A stretch of DNA of 57,063 nt from an uncultured virus (IMG/VR IMGVR_UViG_3300042863_002514) (IMGVR_UViG_3300042863_002514:62001-119063), one strand, 5' to 3'. Shown: positions 20,630 through 29,572, counted from the stretch's first letter. The notes: generated from the sequence alone by a model not told the origin. Numbers and translations: made by a program.

Positions 20630-21282
20630 ACGTCAAACAGCATGTGTTGAACACGCTAACTCAACATTTCATGGTAGATGGGGACCCCATTGTTGATCCA
20701 GCTGGCAAAGTCAGTGTCATGGGAGACGTTGTGTTATACAACAAATTTCACAGTTCTTTTCAAGAACTACCGGTGAAATTTTCTCACATTGAAGGCAGTA
20801 TGATGCTCAGCATCAACCAACTCAAGACACTAGAGGGTTGTCCAGAAACTGTTGGTAAGAATTTTGAGTGTGACAATAATGAACTCAAAAGTTTGAAGTT
20901 TGGACCCAAAACAATAGGCACGACACAAACACCCACATTTGGCGGCAGTTATAATTGCAGTAAAAATCAATTGAAGGATTTGGAAGGGGCACCTAGAGAA
21001 ATCCCCAGTGTGTTCAATTGTTCAGCCAATCCTCTAGAGAGCTTGCAGGGCTTTCCTCAAAAAATTGGAGATAGTTTGTATATCACTTATGATACTCAGC
21101 TGCCTTTGTTGCGCACATTGGTGGCACCAGAGATTATTTTTTGGCCGTATCAAAGCGAGGGCAGCGATGCCTGGAAGGTGTTATACATTTTGGAAAAATA
21201 TTTGGGGCAAGGAAAACGTGTTATGTTTGATTGTCAAAAAGAATTGGAAGATGCCGGATTTGAGGACAACGCCAGATGGTAA
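20623..21282 (+). CDS. variable LRR protein, array A member 5
   Basis: same repeat and cap. Confidence 0.85.
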   Translation: MVDVKQHVLNTLTQHFMVDGDPIVDPAGKVSVMGDVVLYNKFHSSFQELPVKFSHIEGSMMLSINQLKTLEGCPETVGKNFECDNNELKSLKFGPKTIGTTQTPTFGGSYNCSKNQLKDLEGAPREIPSVFNCSANPLESLQGFPQKIGDSLYITYDTQLPLLRTLVAPEIIFWPYQSEGSDAWKVLYILEKYLGQGKRVMFDCQKELEDAGFEDNARW

Positions 21283-21914
21283 ACAAACGAGAAATCTTGC
21301 AGTTATTGAAAGACCATTTCAGCTTTGACTACAACAGTGCAAAAGTTTCATCAGATGGACTGGTAACAGTAAATGGCGATATTCAATTGTTGAATCTCCA
21401 CTATACACGTTTTGAAAAACTGCCAGTTGCCTTCAAAGCTGTAACTGAAAATCTATCGTTAGATGAGAACGCACTAGTAACCTTGGAAGGCTGTCCCCCT
21501 GAAGTGGGCGTGAGTTTTGACTGTTCACGTAACATGCTCAAAAGCCTTAGTGGGGGGCCAGAAATTGTAGGTTGGAACTACTACTGTGACCATAATCAAC
21601 TTGTTGATTTGAAGGGGGCACCTGTCCAGATACCCAATAATTTCAATTGCATTGGTAATCCGTTGAAAAGCTTGGATGGATTTCCGTTGAAAGTGGAAAA
21701 TGCAGCTTGGTTACCGTATCTACCACATTTGCCTCTCTTACGTACCTTGGCAGCAAGGCATATATTTTTAGAGCCTGCTGACGACACTCACACTGTGGAG
21801 AAGGGAAAAGTGCAGACAATTTTGAACAAATATGCTGGCCAAGGCAAACGTGCCATGTTTGATTGCCAAAAAGATTTGGAAGACGCTGGATTTGAGGATC
21901 ATGCAAAATGGTAG
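21276..21914 (+). CDS. variable LRR protein, array A member 6
   Basis: same repeat and cap. Confidence 0.85.
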   Translation: MVNKREILQLLKDHFSFDYNSAKVSSDGLVTVNGDIQLLNLHYTRFEKLPVAFKAVTENLSLDENALVTLEGCPPEVGVSFDCSRNMLKSLSGGPEIVGWNYYCDHNQLVDLKGAPVQIPNNFNCIGNPLKSLDGFPLKVENAAWLPYLPHLPLLRTLAARHIFLEPADDTHTVEKGKVQTILNKYAGQGKRAMFDCQKDLEDAGFEDHAKW

Positions 21915-22525
21915 ACGTTGATAACATCAAAAAAACTTTTGATGATTATTTTCAATGTAATGAAAGCATTGTAATCAATTCTGATGGAACAATAAGCACA
22001 AAAGGTTACGTAACGCTTATGTTGCATGTTAAGAAGTTGCCAGTTGGCTTTTATGAAGTGGAAGGATTTGATGTGGGGGGCATGGGGCTCACAAGCCTTC
22101 AAGGATCTCCCAAATATGTCTACAATGAATTTCGTTGTACTGAGAACAATTTACAAACTCTTGAAGGCGGTCCTGATGCTGTTGGCGAACACTACTTATG
22201 TGGGTTCAACCAGCTCAAGAGCTTGCAAGGTGCACCCAAAAAAGTTCTTGGATCTTTGAGTTGTGTGGGCAATCCACTTGAAAGTCTTGAAGGCATACCG
22301 CAAGAAGGTTTAGGGCGACTAGTGTTACAATATTCGCCCACTTTGCCTTTGCTACGTGCATTGGTTGCCAAAAAAATTGTATTCATGCATAGGGTTGATG
22401 AATCGGAGCCACCCCAGAAGGTTCAAGAAATCATGAACAAATATGCAGGTCAAGGCAAAGCTGCCATGTTTGACTGCCAAAAAGATTTGGAAGACTCTGG
22501 ATTTGAAGGAAATGCACGATGGTAG
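21908..22525 (+). CDS. variable LRR protein, array A member 7
   Basis: same repeat and cap. Confidence 0.85.
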   Translation: MVDVDNIKKTFDDYFQCNESIVINSDGTISTKGYVTLMLHVKKLPVGFYEVEGFDVGGMGLTSLQGSPKYVYNEFRCTENNLQTLEGGPDAVGEHYLCGFNQLKSLQGAPKKVLGSLSCVGNPLESLEGIPQEGLGRLVLQYSPTLPLLRALVAKKIVFMHRVDESEPPQKVQEIMNKYAGQGKAAMFDCQKDLEDSGFEGNARW

Positions 22526-23271
22526 ATCTAGCCGGGATCAAAAAAACTTTTGACAAATATTACTCTCACACAGGTAAACTCTCTGTTGATCCCAACACAG
22601 GATTGATATCCTGCACAGGCAGTGTCAAGAGCAAGGAGAAATCTTACCTTGATGGTAAGCCAGGTATAAAAACCTTGCGGGTAAGGTTTGGAAAAATACG
22701 CTACGATTTTGCTGTACAGCATACCGATCTGGTGAGTCTAGAAGGCGCACCCTCTTGGGTAGGTAGAGATTTCAAGTGTGGCCACAACCAACTCACCAGT
22801 TTGTTGGGTTCGCCTCAACATGTGGGCGGAGATTTCAAATGCGATAATAACAACATAGAAAGCCTTGAACACTGTCCCAAATCAGTTGGTGCCAATTTCT
22901 CTTGTATGACAAATCAACTCTCATCACTGGAACATGTTCCTGAGAAAGTGCATGATTTGTTTTGCATGGAAAACAAACTAGTCTCACTACACGGTGCACC
23001 AAAAACCATCACTGGCGAGTTGAGAGCATGGGGTAATCAGCTAGAGTCACTTGAAGGAATGCCTACTGAAGTAAGGGTTTTATGGATTGACTACAGCCCC
23101 ACTCTGCCGCTCTTGCGTTGTTTAAATGCTAAAAAACTGTGGTCGGGTATGGGATGGCCACACGAGGTGCGGGCTATTCTGCAAAAGTATATGGGTCAAG
23201 GCAAACGTGCCATGTTTGACTGCCAAAAAGAACTGGAAGATGCTGGATTTGAAGGGAATGCAAGATGGTAG
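22519..23271 (+). CDS. variable LRR protein, array A member 8
   Basis: same repeat and cap. Confidence 0.85.
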   Translation: MVDLAGIKKTFDKYYSHTGKLSVDPNTGLISCTGSVKSKEKSYLDGKPGIKTLRVRFGKIRYDFAVQHTDLVSLEGAPSWVGRDFKCGHNQLTSLLGSPQHVGGDFKCDNNNIESLEHCPKSVGANFSCMTNQLSSLEHVPEKVHDLFCMENKLVSLHGAPKTITGELRAWGNQLESLEGMPTEVRVLWIDYSPTLPLLRCLNAKKLWSGMGWPHEVRAILQKYMGQGKRAMFDCQKELEDAGFEGNARW

Positions 23272-23870
23272 ACAAAAAAGAAGTAATGGCTTTGTTGAAA
23301 GCTAATTTCAAAACAACAGGCCAAGTCACAATAGATCCTGAGGGGTTGATCACTTGCCAGGGTAATGTTATACTTAAAAGACAATTACCCCAGTTCCCTG
23401 TGCGTTTCAAGAGTGTTCTTGGACACTTCCAGTGCGATTACAACCAACTAACCACACTGGACGGGGCGCCAGAGAGTGTTGGTGGAAGTTTCTTAGGCTC
23501 AAGTAACCAACTTATTTCACTTAAAGCTGCACCCAAGAATGTGGTTGGAAGTTTCGTATGCTTCAACAACCAACTGACTTCACTGGAAGGTGCTCCCAGC
23601 AGTGTTGGTGATCTTTTTAGTTGTCACCTCAACCCATTAACCTCACTCCAAGGTATGCCTTCAGAGCTCAATTACTTGGCTATACCTTACACGCCTACTC
23701 TTCCACTGCTCCGTTGTTTGGCAGCCAAAAGTATCTCGTTGCGGTCAGCAATGAATCACACGACTGTTGAAACAATCTTGAACAAATACGCAGGACAAGG
23801 CAAACGTGCCATGTTTGATTGTCAAAAAGAACTAGAAGATGCTGGATTTGAGGATAATGCAAGATGGTAA
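23265..23870 (+). CDS. variable LRR protein, array A member 9
   Basis: same repeat and cap. Confidence 0.85.
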   Translation: MVDKKEVMALLKANFKTTGQVTIDPEGLITCQGNVILKRQLPQFPVRFKSVLGHFQCDYNQLTTLDGAPESVGGSFLGSSNQLISLKAAPKNVVGSFVCFNNQLTSLEGAPSSVGDLFSCHLNPLTSLQGMPSELNYLAIPYTPTLPLLRCLAAKSISLRSAMNHTTVETILNKYAGQGKRAMFDCQKELEDAGFEDNARW

Positions 23871-23885
23871 GACCAGTAGCGTTGC

Positions 23886-24434
23886 TTACGGCAACGTTAC
23901 TGGCCGAGCCTCAGCAACTTCTTCCAGTCGAATAAAAACATGTGCACCAATGGCTGTTTTTTCCCGAGCTCGTGAAGCCCAAACAGGACGTATGGTTTTT
24001 TCGTGAAAATACGTTGCACCTTTTGTGATGTCGTGAGTTTTGGTGTAGAGAACGCTGTAGGCAATTTCTTGTGCCCGGTCCCAACTTTCAATCTCAAGAC
24101 GCTTTTGTTTGGCACCTGGTTTGTTGCTCCAGGAAAATTGAGCTGACGCCCCTTTTCTTTCAAACACTACGTCACAAATGCTCATTTTCTTTTGTTTGTG
24201 CCGGTTTCTGGTTACATGTGCAACGCCAATTTGATTGGCAAGGCTTGTGCCCCGGGCCTCATGGTAAATGTTGAGGCTCATGCAAATGATTTCCTTGACA
24301 CTATTGGGATCAGCTGTCAAAGGCTGAACACTTGTAAGTTGTGCTGTATAACTGTTGAAACCGTATGTTTGTGCGGTTACTGGCTTGATGATCAACAGCA
24401 GCCCTGCAAAGGCTAGCCATAAGATAGTTTTCAA
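23886..24434 (-). CDS. SleB-like cell wall hydrolase (Hydrolase_2)
   Basis: C...NIYHEARG, VA.V..NR, QFSW, T.GATYFH, P.W, IG.H.F. Confidence 0.92.
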   Translation of the reverse strand: MKTILWLAFAGLLLIIKPVTAQTYGFNSYTAQLTSVQPLTADPNSVKEIICMSLNIYHEARGTSLANQIGVAHVTRNRHKQKKMSICDVVFERKGASAQFSWSNKPGAKQKRLEIESWDRAQEIAYSVLYTKTHDITKGATYFHEKTIRPVWASRAREKTAIGAHVFIRLEEVAEARPVTLP

Positions 24435-24714
24435 AGCAATGCTCCTTCTTTTCTTGGATTGCCGCAGTCAAAATGACAGAGACAACTTTTGCATGAAAGC
24501 ACAAGACTTTCACGCCAAAATACGAAGTTGACATTTTTGTCAATCTCGATTTTGATTTTGGAGAGAGAACAATTTGATCACTCTCACAGGACAAGCTCAA
24601 AATCCCAGCTTGCCCTCACAAACGCAGGTTACTGGCGTCTGTGCATCAAAGGTATTTAAATTCCTTCCTGCAATGGATATCTATACTATTATTACACAGT
24701 TTCCGTTTGTGTCA

Positions 24715-24788
24715 ACGTCCTGGCGAGATTCAAACTCGCAACCTTTTGACTAGGATTCAAATGCTCTATTCAGTTGAGCTACAGGACG
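24715..24788 (-). tRNA. tRNA-Arg (CCU), possibly degenerate
   Basis: TTTGA AT CCT AG TCAAA; A at position 32, T-loop TTTGAAT, no encoded CCA. Confidence 0.7.
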
Positions 24789-24796
24789 AAAACCTT

Positions 24797-25423
24797 TTAT
24801 GAGCCTGTTGGCCCCATAATGTCTCGTTCAACTCGGGTTTGCAACCAAGCCAACAGCACACCATAAATGGGCAGAATCACTGCTGCTGATACCAGCACCT
24901 TGGCTCCAGTTTGATTCAATGCAAGAATGTGCCAGTTGGCTGCCATATAGGCGTTAGCACTGTTGTAAAAGGCTACAGCAAAGAACACAAAGGTGTCTAC
25001 AATGTTGGCAAACACAGCTGAGATGGCAGGTGCCCAAAACCACATTTGAAGTCGCTCTCTCACCTTTTGAAACACAAACACGTCCATAAGGTTACTGAAG
25101 AGGTAAGCAACACCAGATGCAAGGCCAATACGCCAAGCCACACTTGAGGGAGCACCGCTGAGATACACAACAGCAATGCTGGCAATAATTGCTGGCACAA
25201 AAGCTGCACTAACAATAGCTCGTGCATTTTCTTTGTTAACCAACCGCACAGTTAAGTCAGTTGCCACCACAATAAGTGGGAAAGTAAATGCAGCCCAGGT
25301 TAGCGGCAATCCAAACATTGAAAATTTGATTGTCACTAGATAATTGCTGAGAGCAATTACAAATGTGTGGAAACACACCAGCTTCCACAACAAACTTCGA
25401 TCAATAGCTTGTAAATTGAACAA
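24797..25423 (-). CDS. yhhQ: queuosine precursor (preQ0/preQ1) transporter, VUT family
   Basis: SNYLV, TW.AFTFP.I..ATDLTVR, RI..AS, DTF.FF..AF. Confidence 0.9.
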   Translation of the reverse strand: MFNLQAIDRSLLWKLVCFHTFVIALSNYLVTIKFSMFGLPLTWAAFTFPLIVVATDLTVRLVNKENARAIVSAAFVPAIIASIAVVYLSGAPSSVAWRIGLASGVAYLFSNLMDVFVFQKVRERLQMWFWAPAISAVFANIVDTFVFFAVAFYNSANAYMAANWHILALNQTGAKVLVSAAVILPIYGVLLAWLQTRVERDIMGPTGS

Positions 25424-25488
25424 AAAACTTCTCCTTTTGTAAGTTCAGAGTTGAAGTCTAAACAAACAAAAGGAGTCGTGCAACCAAC

Positions 25489-25881
25489 TTATTTTACAGT
25501 GAGCCAAATTTCTCCCTTGTGGGCCTGCAATCGTGAAAACAACTTGTCAAAAGCCACTCGGCTTGATCCAATGCTGTTGCTAGTTTTGGTTTGACCCACC
25601 AATATGCATCCATCAGTGTCAGCTGCTGTGTTGCCTGGATGTATTCTCACACCCTCAAAGTTTGGTACGTTTTCCAACAGTGGCAACACAATCTTGAATC
25701 TGTTGCTCATGGTCAGCTTGATTTGATAGCGACCCTCAGGGATAGCAGTTTGGCCATAGACTTTTTCTCCGTTGGGACGAACCACATCCTCTAGAGTGTA
25801 GCATTCAAATGCTCCGTCAATGTTCATGGTGCCAATTGTGCAGCCATTGGCTGAGGGTTGACGCGTTACAACTATTTCCAT
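25489..25881 (-). CDS. DUF5675-like protein (candidate endolysin)
   Basis: T.G, CYTLED, AIP.G.Y, VP.F.G.RIH.GN...DT.GCILVG. Confidence 0.8.
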   Translation of the reverse strand: MEIVVTRQPSANGCTIGTMNIDGAFECYTLEDVVRPNGEKVYGQTAIPEGRYQIKLTMSNRFKIVLPLLENVPNFEGVRIHPGNTAADTDGCILVGQTKTSNSIGSSRVAFDKLFSRLQAHKGEIWLTVK

Positions 25882-25929
25882 TTTTTTGTCCTTTCTGTAA
25901 ACAGTTTGGGATATTTACAGAAGGAAGTT

Positions 25930-26003
25930 TGGAGCAGGTAGCCGGTAACGCTCCGGCGACTGTGCGTTGGCAACGCACTGAGTTCCTATTACACCATACC
26001 TGC
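25930..26003 (-). tRNA. tRNA-Gly (GCC), atypical T-loop
   Basis: GTGCG TT GCC AA CGCAC; T-loop AGCGTTA; TCCA end. Confidence 0.85.
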
Positions 26004-26354
26004 TTATTTTTTCTTGAGATACACCCGGAAGGCCCCACCACCTGGCAAACTTTCCACACGCTGCACAGCTGGATTCTTCTCCAACCAATGTGAAAATTCC
26101 TGTTGCATCAATCCACTTTTGCCAGTGATGAAGGTTAGACTGGGAAAATGTTTGTTTGACACTTGTTCAATAGTTCTTTGATAGGCTTCGCTCAAGGTCA
26201 TGCCATGTAAATCCCAAGTGTGAAGGGGATTATGGTATGACGAACTTGTTTTTGGGAGAGACTGAGGCAAGGGGACTTGAGTTGCAGTGGTTAATGGCTT
26301 AACCCCTTGCATCACCTGTTGCCACAGCTTCTTGTCCTCGTCTCGTAGTGGCAT
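26004..26354 (-). CDS. Smr-domain protein
   Basis: DLHGMT..EA, ITGKSG, WL, GGGAF.V. Confidence 0.9.
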   Translation of the reverse strand: MPLRDEDKKLWQQVMQGVKPLTTATQVPLPQSLPKTSSSYHNPLHTWDLHGMTLSEAYQRTIEQVSNKHFPSLTFITGKSGLMQQEFSHWLEKNPAVQRVESLPGGGAFRVYLKKK

Positions 26355-26363
26355 GAGTTGAAG

Positions 26364-26945
26364 TCAAGTGCGCTCAAGAGCGTAGGGATCAGTTGCGAAC
26401 CAAATACTTAACGTAAATCTGTTCCCACCCTCAACAGGTGTGACACCATGCGTGCAACGGTCATCACTGGCAAAAATCACTATCCGCCCCTTACGAGGTG
26501 CTGAGCTATAGTATTCACCACGTTCATTTTTTATAAACGTCACTCCGCCTTGATAGTCGTCGTTGAGATAGGTAACAGATGACCAAACTCGAGGACGGAG
26601 ATTGCTGTCGTCAGTGTAACCATTGTCTTTGTGTTCATGCATTTGTCGTCCAGGCCGCCACAGCACTAAGTCAGTGTAGTTGGGGTAGGCAAATTGCCTT
26701 GTGACTTGATATACCAACTGACTACAGGTGAAGCGATACGCCTCTATAGCACGTTTGACTGTGATGTCTTGTATTTGGTTATAAGGCAAGTCGTCTTGGT
26801 CTTCCCAAGGCATGCGACCATCAATACTGGGTTGATTACTGAATTTTAAAAGGCTCATGTGGTCCTGTAACAGACTGCAAAGACTGTCGCTCATAGCCCC
26901 ATCAAAACTCCAAATGAGATTGCTGTAGGTTTGAAGCTGTTGCAT
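26364..26945 (-). CDS. 2OG-Fe(II) oxygenase (prolyl-hydroxylase-like)
   Basis: HKD, YLNDDYQGG, HGVTPV..G.R. Confidence 0.9.
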   Translation of the reverse strand: MQQLQTYSNLIWSFDGAMSDSLCSLLQDHMSLLKFSNQPSIDGRMPWEDQDDLPYNQIQDITVKRAIEAYRFTCSQLVYQVTRQFAYPNYTDLVLWRPGRQMHEHKDNGYTDDSNLRPRVWSSVTYLNDDYQGGVTFIKNERGEYYSSAPRKGRIVIFASDDRCTHGVTPVEGGNRFTLSIWFATDPYALERT

Positions 26946-26964
26946 TGTTGCTGCCTTTCAATTA

Positions 26965-27127
26965 TGGTGCCGGATGTCAGTTTCGAACTGACCACCTATT
27001 GATTACCATTTGGCGTACTGGCTTTAGGCCAGTGTTGCCCACAAACAACTGGTAAATTTATTCACCAGTTGGTGGCATTATCCCGCCACGGAAAAATCAA
27101 TTGCTCTACCAAATGAGCTAATCCGGC
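26965..27127 (-). tRNA. tRNA-Thr (UGU or GGU) interrupted by an 87-nt structured insert in the anticodon loop
   Basis: GCCGGAT/ATCCGGC A CCA acceptor, ATTGA/TCAAT anticodon stem. Removing ~27008-27094 gives a 76-nt cloverleaf. Confidence 0.85.
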
Positions 27128-27179
27128 ACAGTACATAGTATATAGCAGCATCTTGCTAGCTGCAAATGATCCATGCAGG

Positions 27180-27440
27180 CTATTCGTCCCATTTTCCCCA
27201 GCTGAGTAAAAATGCTGCTCGATCTTCTTCTGTTTTAAACAACACTTCTGGCTCAAGATAGGTCCAGCAGACGTCACAAGGACCAAAAGTTTCTTCCATG
27301 AACCTGAACATCAAATGGCCTTGTCCTGGACTATACGATGGCGCAAGTGCATAGGGAAACTGTTTTCGAACCCATTTTCTTGCAGCAGTGATTTCCTCAC
27401 TTGTGGGAGCCACTCTAGTAGAAGTGATATTCATTCTCAA
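27180..27440 (-). CDS. small protein, F-x7-F-x-L-x-W family
   Basis: C-terminal FKTEEDRAAFLLSW. Confidence 0.65.
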   Translation of the reverse strand: MRMNITSTRVAPTSEEITAARKWVRKQFPYALAPSYSPGQGHLMFRFMEETFGPCDVCWTYLEPEVLFKTEEDRAAFLLSWGKWDE

Positions 27441-27473
27441 TTATATGGGCGTCCACTAGGCTGTGTCAACGAA

Positions 27474-27563
27474 CGGAAGTGGTGGGATTCGAACCCACGG
27501 AAGACATTCCTGCCTTCGCTGGTTTTCAAGACCAGTGCATTAGAGCCGCTCTGCCACACTTCC
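27474..27563 (-). tRNA. tRNA-Ser (UGA)
   Basis: CTGGT CT TGA AA ACCAG; long variable arm. Confidence 0.92.
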
Positions 27564-27881
27564 TTAAACTTTGGTGTGAACCATTGCACGTATCTCCGTC
27601 AGCAATTGATTGTTTTGCCGCTCCAGACTTTTGATACGCTCGTCCATTTCTTTGATGCCTCTATTGCCAGTGTTCTGCAATAGGAACACCATCAAAAACG
27701 TAACAATGGTTGTGCTGGTATTGATTACCAGCTGCCATGTGTCACTGAATCCAAACACTGGCCCCAGCAAGGCCCATAATACAACTGAACCTGCTGCGCT
27801 CAAAAACGCATATGGGTGACCCAAATTGGCGCTGATCCACTCAGCCAAAATCTCAAACCTATTCTTGATAAATTTACGCAT
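27564..27881 (-). CDS. low-affinity iron permease family protein
   Basis: W...GP.F.FSDTWQLVINT.TTIVTFLMVFL.QN. Confidence 0.88.
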   Translation of the reverse strand: MRKFIKNRFEILAEWISANLGHPYAFLSAAGSVVLWALLGPVFGFSDTWQLVINTSTTIVTFLMVFLLQNTGNRGIKEMDERIKSLERQNNQLLTEIRAMVHTKV

Positions 27882-28022
27882 AGCTGTCTCCTACTATTGC
27901 CGTCAACTTAGGAGACTTGAGAACCCTAAATTGACGGCTGTATACTGCCACTTGGCATTTTAGGTTTCCTTTGATTTTTCAAATGTTTGTAGATACCTTA
28001 TCTACAAGGCTATTTAGAGTTT

Positions 28023-28112
28023 TGAGCAACCAGGGTAACTCTCCCCTCGCCTCAATTCCCCACTGTTTTGAAAGGCGTCGGTTTTACAGACCGGTGTGGG
28101 GGAAGCTGCTCA
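28023..28112 (-). ncRNA. tRNA-Tyr-like RNA lacking a D-arm, predicted pseudoknot
   Basis: GAGCAGC/GTTGCTC closing stem; CGGT CT GTA AA ACCG arm; TTCCCC(C)AC complementary to GTGGGGAA in the variable loop. Confidence 0.6.
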
Positions 28113-28123
28113 TAGGTAAAAAG

Positions 28124-28198
28124 TGGTCCGGGTGAGGAATTTCGCAATCCTGGCCTCTGGTTCCCAAAACCAGCGCTCTGCTTCTGAGCTACACCCAG
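28124..28198 (-). tRNA. tRNA-Pro (UGG)
   Basis: CTGGT TT TGG GA ACCAG; ACCA; atypical T-loop. Confidence 0.85.
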
Positions 28199-28220
28199 TA
28201 ACTCGTAAATGAAAACTTAG

Positions 28221-28287
28221 TGGACCACCTGGGAGATGATCCCAGACCCCGTCATCGTCCACTGTGGGTTTTCCAGTGGGGTGTCCA
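28221..28287 (-). ncRNA. tRNA-like mini RNA (closing stem, hairpin, T-like arm)
   Basis: GGACACC/GGTGGTCC A, CCACTG/CAGTGG, CTGGG-7nt-CCCAG. Confidence 0.45.
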
Positions 28288-28301
28288 ACATGGCCCTAAA
28301 T

Positions 28302-28496
28302 CTAGTGACAGCGTCGGACAGTGACGTGGCGACGCTGATATCTGTCATAATAGCTAGTGTAATGACACACTGGTGTTGGAGGACCATAGTGTCGCGGGTA
28401 TGTGCTGTAGCCAGATCGGTGATCGGAATAGTAGGGTGCGGGTGCACAGCCAATCAATAGGCCCAACAAAGCAACAATTGGTAACAGTCGTGTCAT
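28302..28496 (-). CDS. small lipoprotein
   Basis: lipobox LIGC after a hydrophobic segment. Confidence 0.65.
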   Translation of the reverse strand: MTRLLPIVALLGLLIGCAPAPYYSDHRSGYSTYPRHYGPPTPVCHYTSYYDRYQRRHVTVRRCH

Positions 28497-28697
28497 TTTG
28501 AGTTCCTTCCACTCAAACAAAAATCTCTCAGGGAGGTTGCACACTCCCCTTCCTGCCCAAAACCCACAAATTCATTTGAATTTGTGTACGGTGCAACGCT
28601 TTTGGGCAGAGCACTCAATACCTGCTGTAGGACTGCATATAAAGCAGGCCAAATATCTATCTATTTTCAATTATATATGAGAGAAGGAAACTGTCAA

Positions 28698-29060
28698 CTA
28701 CACACGCAGTTCTGGACTGGGATTTTTAACGTTATACAAATTGGGGTCAATAGTAGCCAGCACATAATCACCGTGTGTGTTTTTGACTACCACCAAGCCA
28801 GTTTTATCTGTTTTCCGCAATATGATTCTGTTGTTTGTTCCCAGTTCAGCCAACGGGCGATTGTGGAATCGAAAAGCTTTTTTTACCATAGCTGCAACAT
28901 TACTGGCACGAATATTGTATTGTAACATTTTATCTAGAAGATGTTTGGTTAACTTGACCCGGCTGTTTTCTGGACCACGCACAGCATCTAAAATACTTTG
29001 TAGTTGTTTTCCCAATTCCAGTCTTGTGTTCGCTGGCGCCAAAACTTCAAATATCAACAT
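28698..29060 (-). CDS. hypothetical, putative virion internal protein
   Basis: TATAAATA just upstream of the MLIFEVL start. Confidence 0.65.
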   Translation of the reverse strand: MLIFEVLAPANTRLELGKQLQSILDAVRGPENSRVKLTKHLLDKMLQYNIRASNVAAMVKKAFRFHNRPLAELGTNNRIILRKTDKTGLVVVKNTHGDYVLATIDPNLYNVKNPSPELRV

Positions 29061-29125
29061 AAGGATATTTATAGTTTGACGCTGGCTGCACACGTCTCTA
29101 GACTTGAATGACACCCCAGTAAAGA

Positions 29126-29289
29126 GTAGGTAACAACAAATACTCCGGCTTTTCGTCTTAACCGGCTGACTATCTACGAGTTACACGTAGCACCAGAGAC
29201 CTCTGTAAATTTCAAACATTGTTACTACCTAGGCGATAAACTCCAGGCATGTTCTCAAACCTTTTCAGGAGGACCATGGGCAGTCCTAT
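29126..29289 (-). ncRNA. structured ncRNA, copy 1
   Basis: aligns with copy 2, with compensatory base changes in several stems. Confidence 0.7.
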
Positions 29290-29381
29290 TTGCTGGTGCG
29301 GAAACGGTTCACGTCTCATAAGTTGGCCAACCCTGGGCGTCGCGCTTGTCTATCCCTACACACCATTCTCTCAAAATGTTC

Positions 29382-29564
29382 CTTGTAGCAACCATGCAGC
29401 GCCGTGTCTGCGTATGATATACCGGCTTGTTCGGCTTAACCGGCTGCCTATCTGGGCATTACACCCAGCTCCAGAGGACGCTGTGATTTCGCACATTGCT
29501 GCAAGTTGGACGCTAACCCAACCATGTACTCGAACCCTTGAGGGAGGACCATCGTCAGTCCTAT
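29382..29564 (-). ncRNA. structured ncRNA, copy 2
   Basis: begins ~9 nt after the tRNA-Asn CCA; covaries with copy 1. Confidence 0.7.
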
Positions 29565-29572
29565 CTTGTTTT

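Noticed and set aside
15982..27094. Canonical group I introns in the two interrupted tRNAs
   Set aside because: 47 and 87 nt are too short for a group I catalytic core
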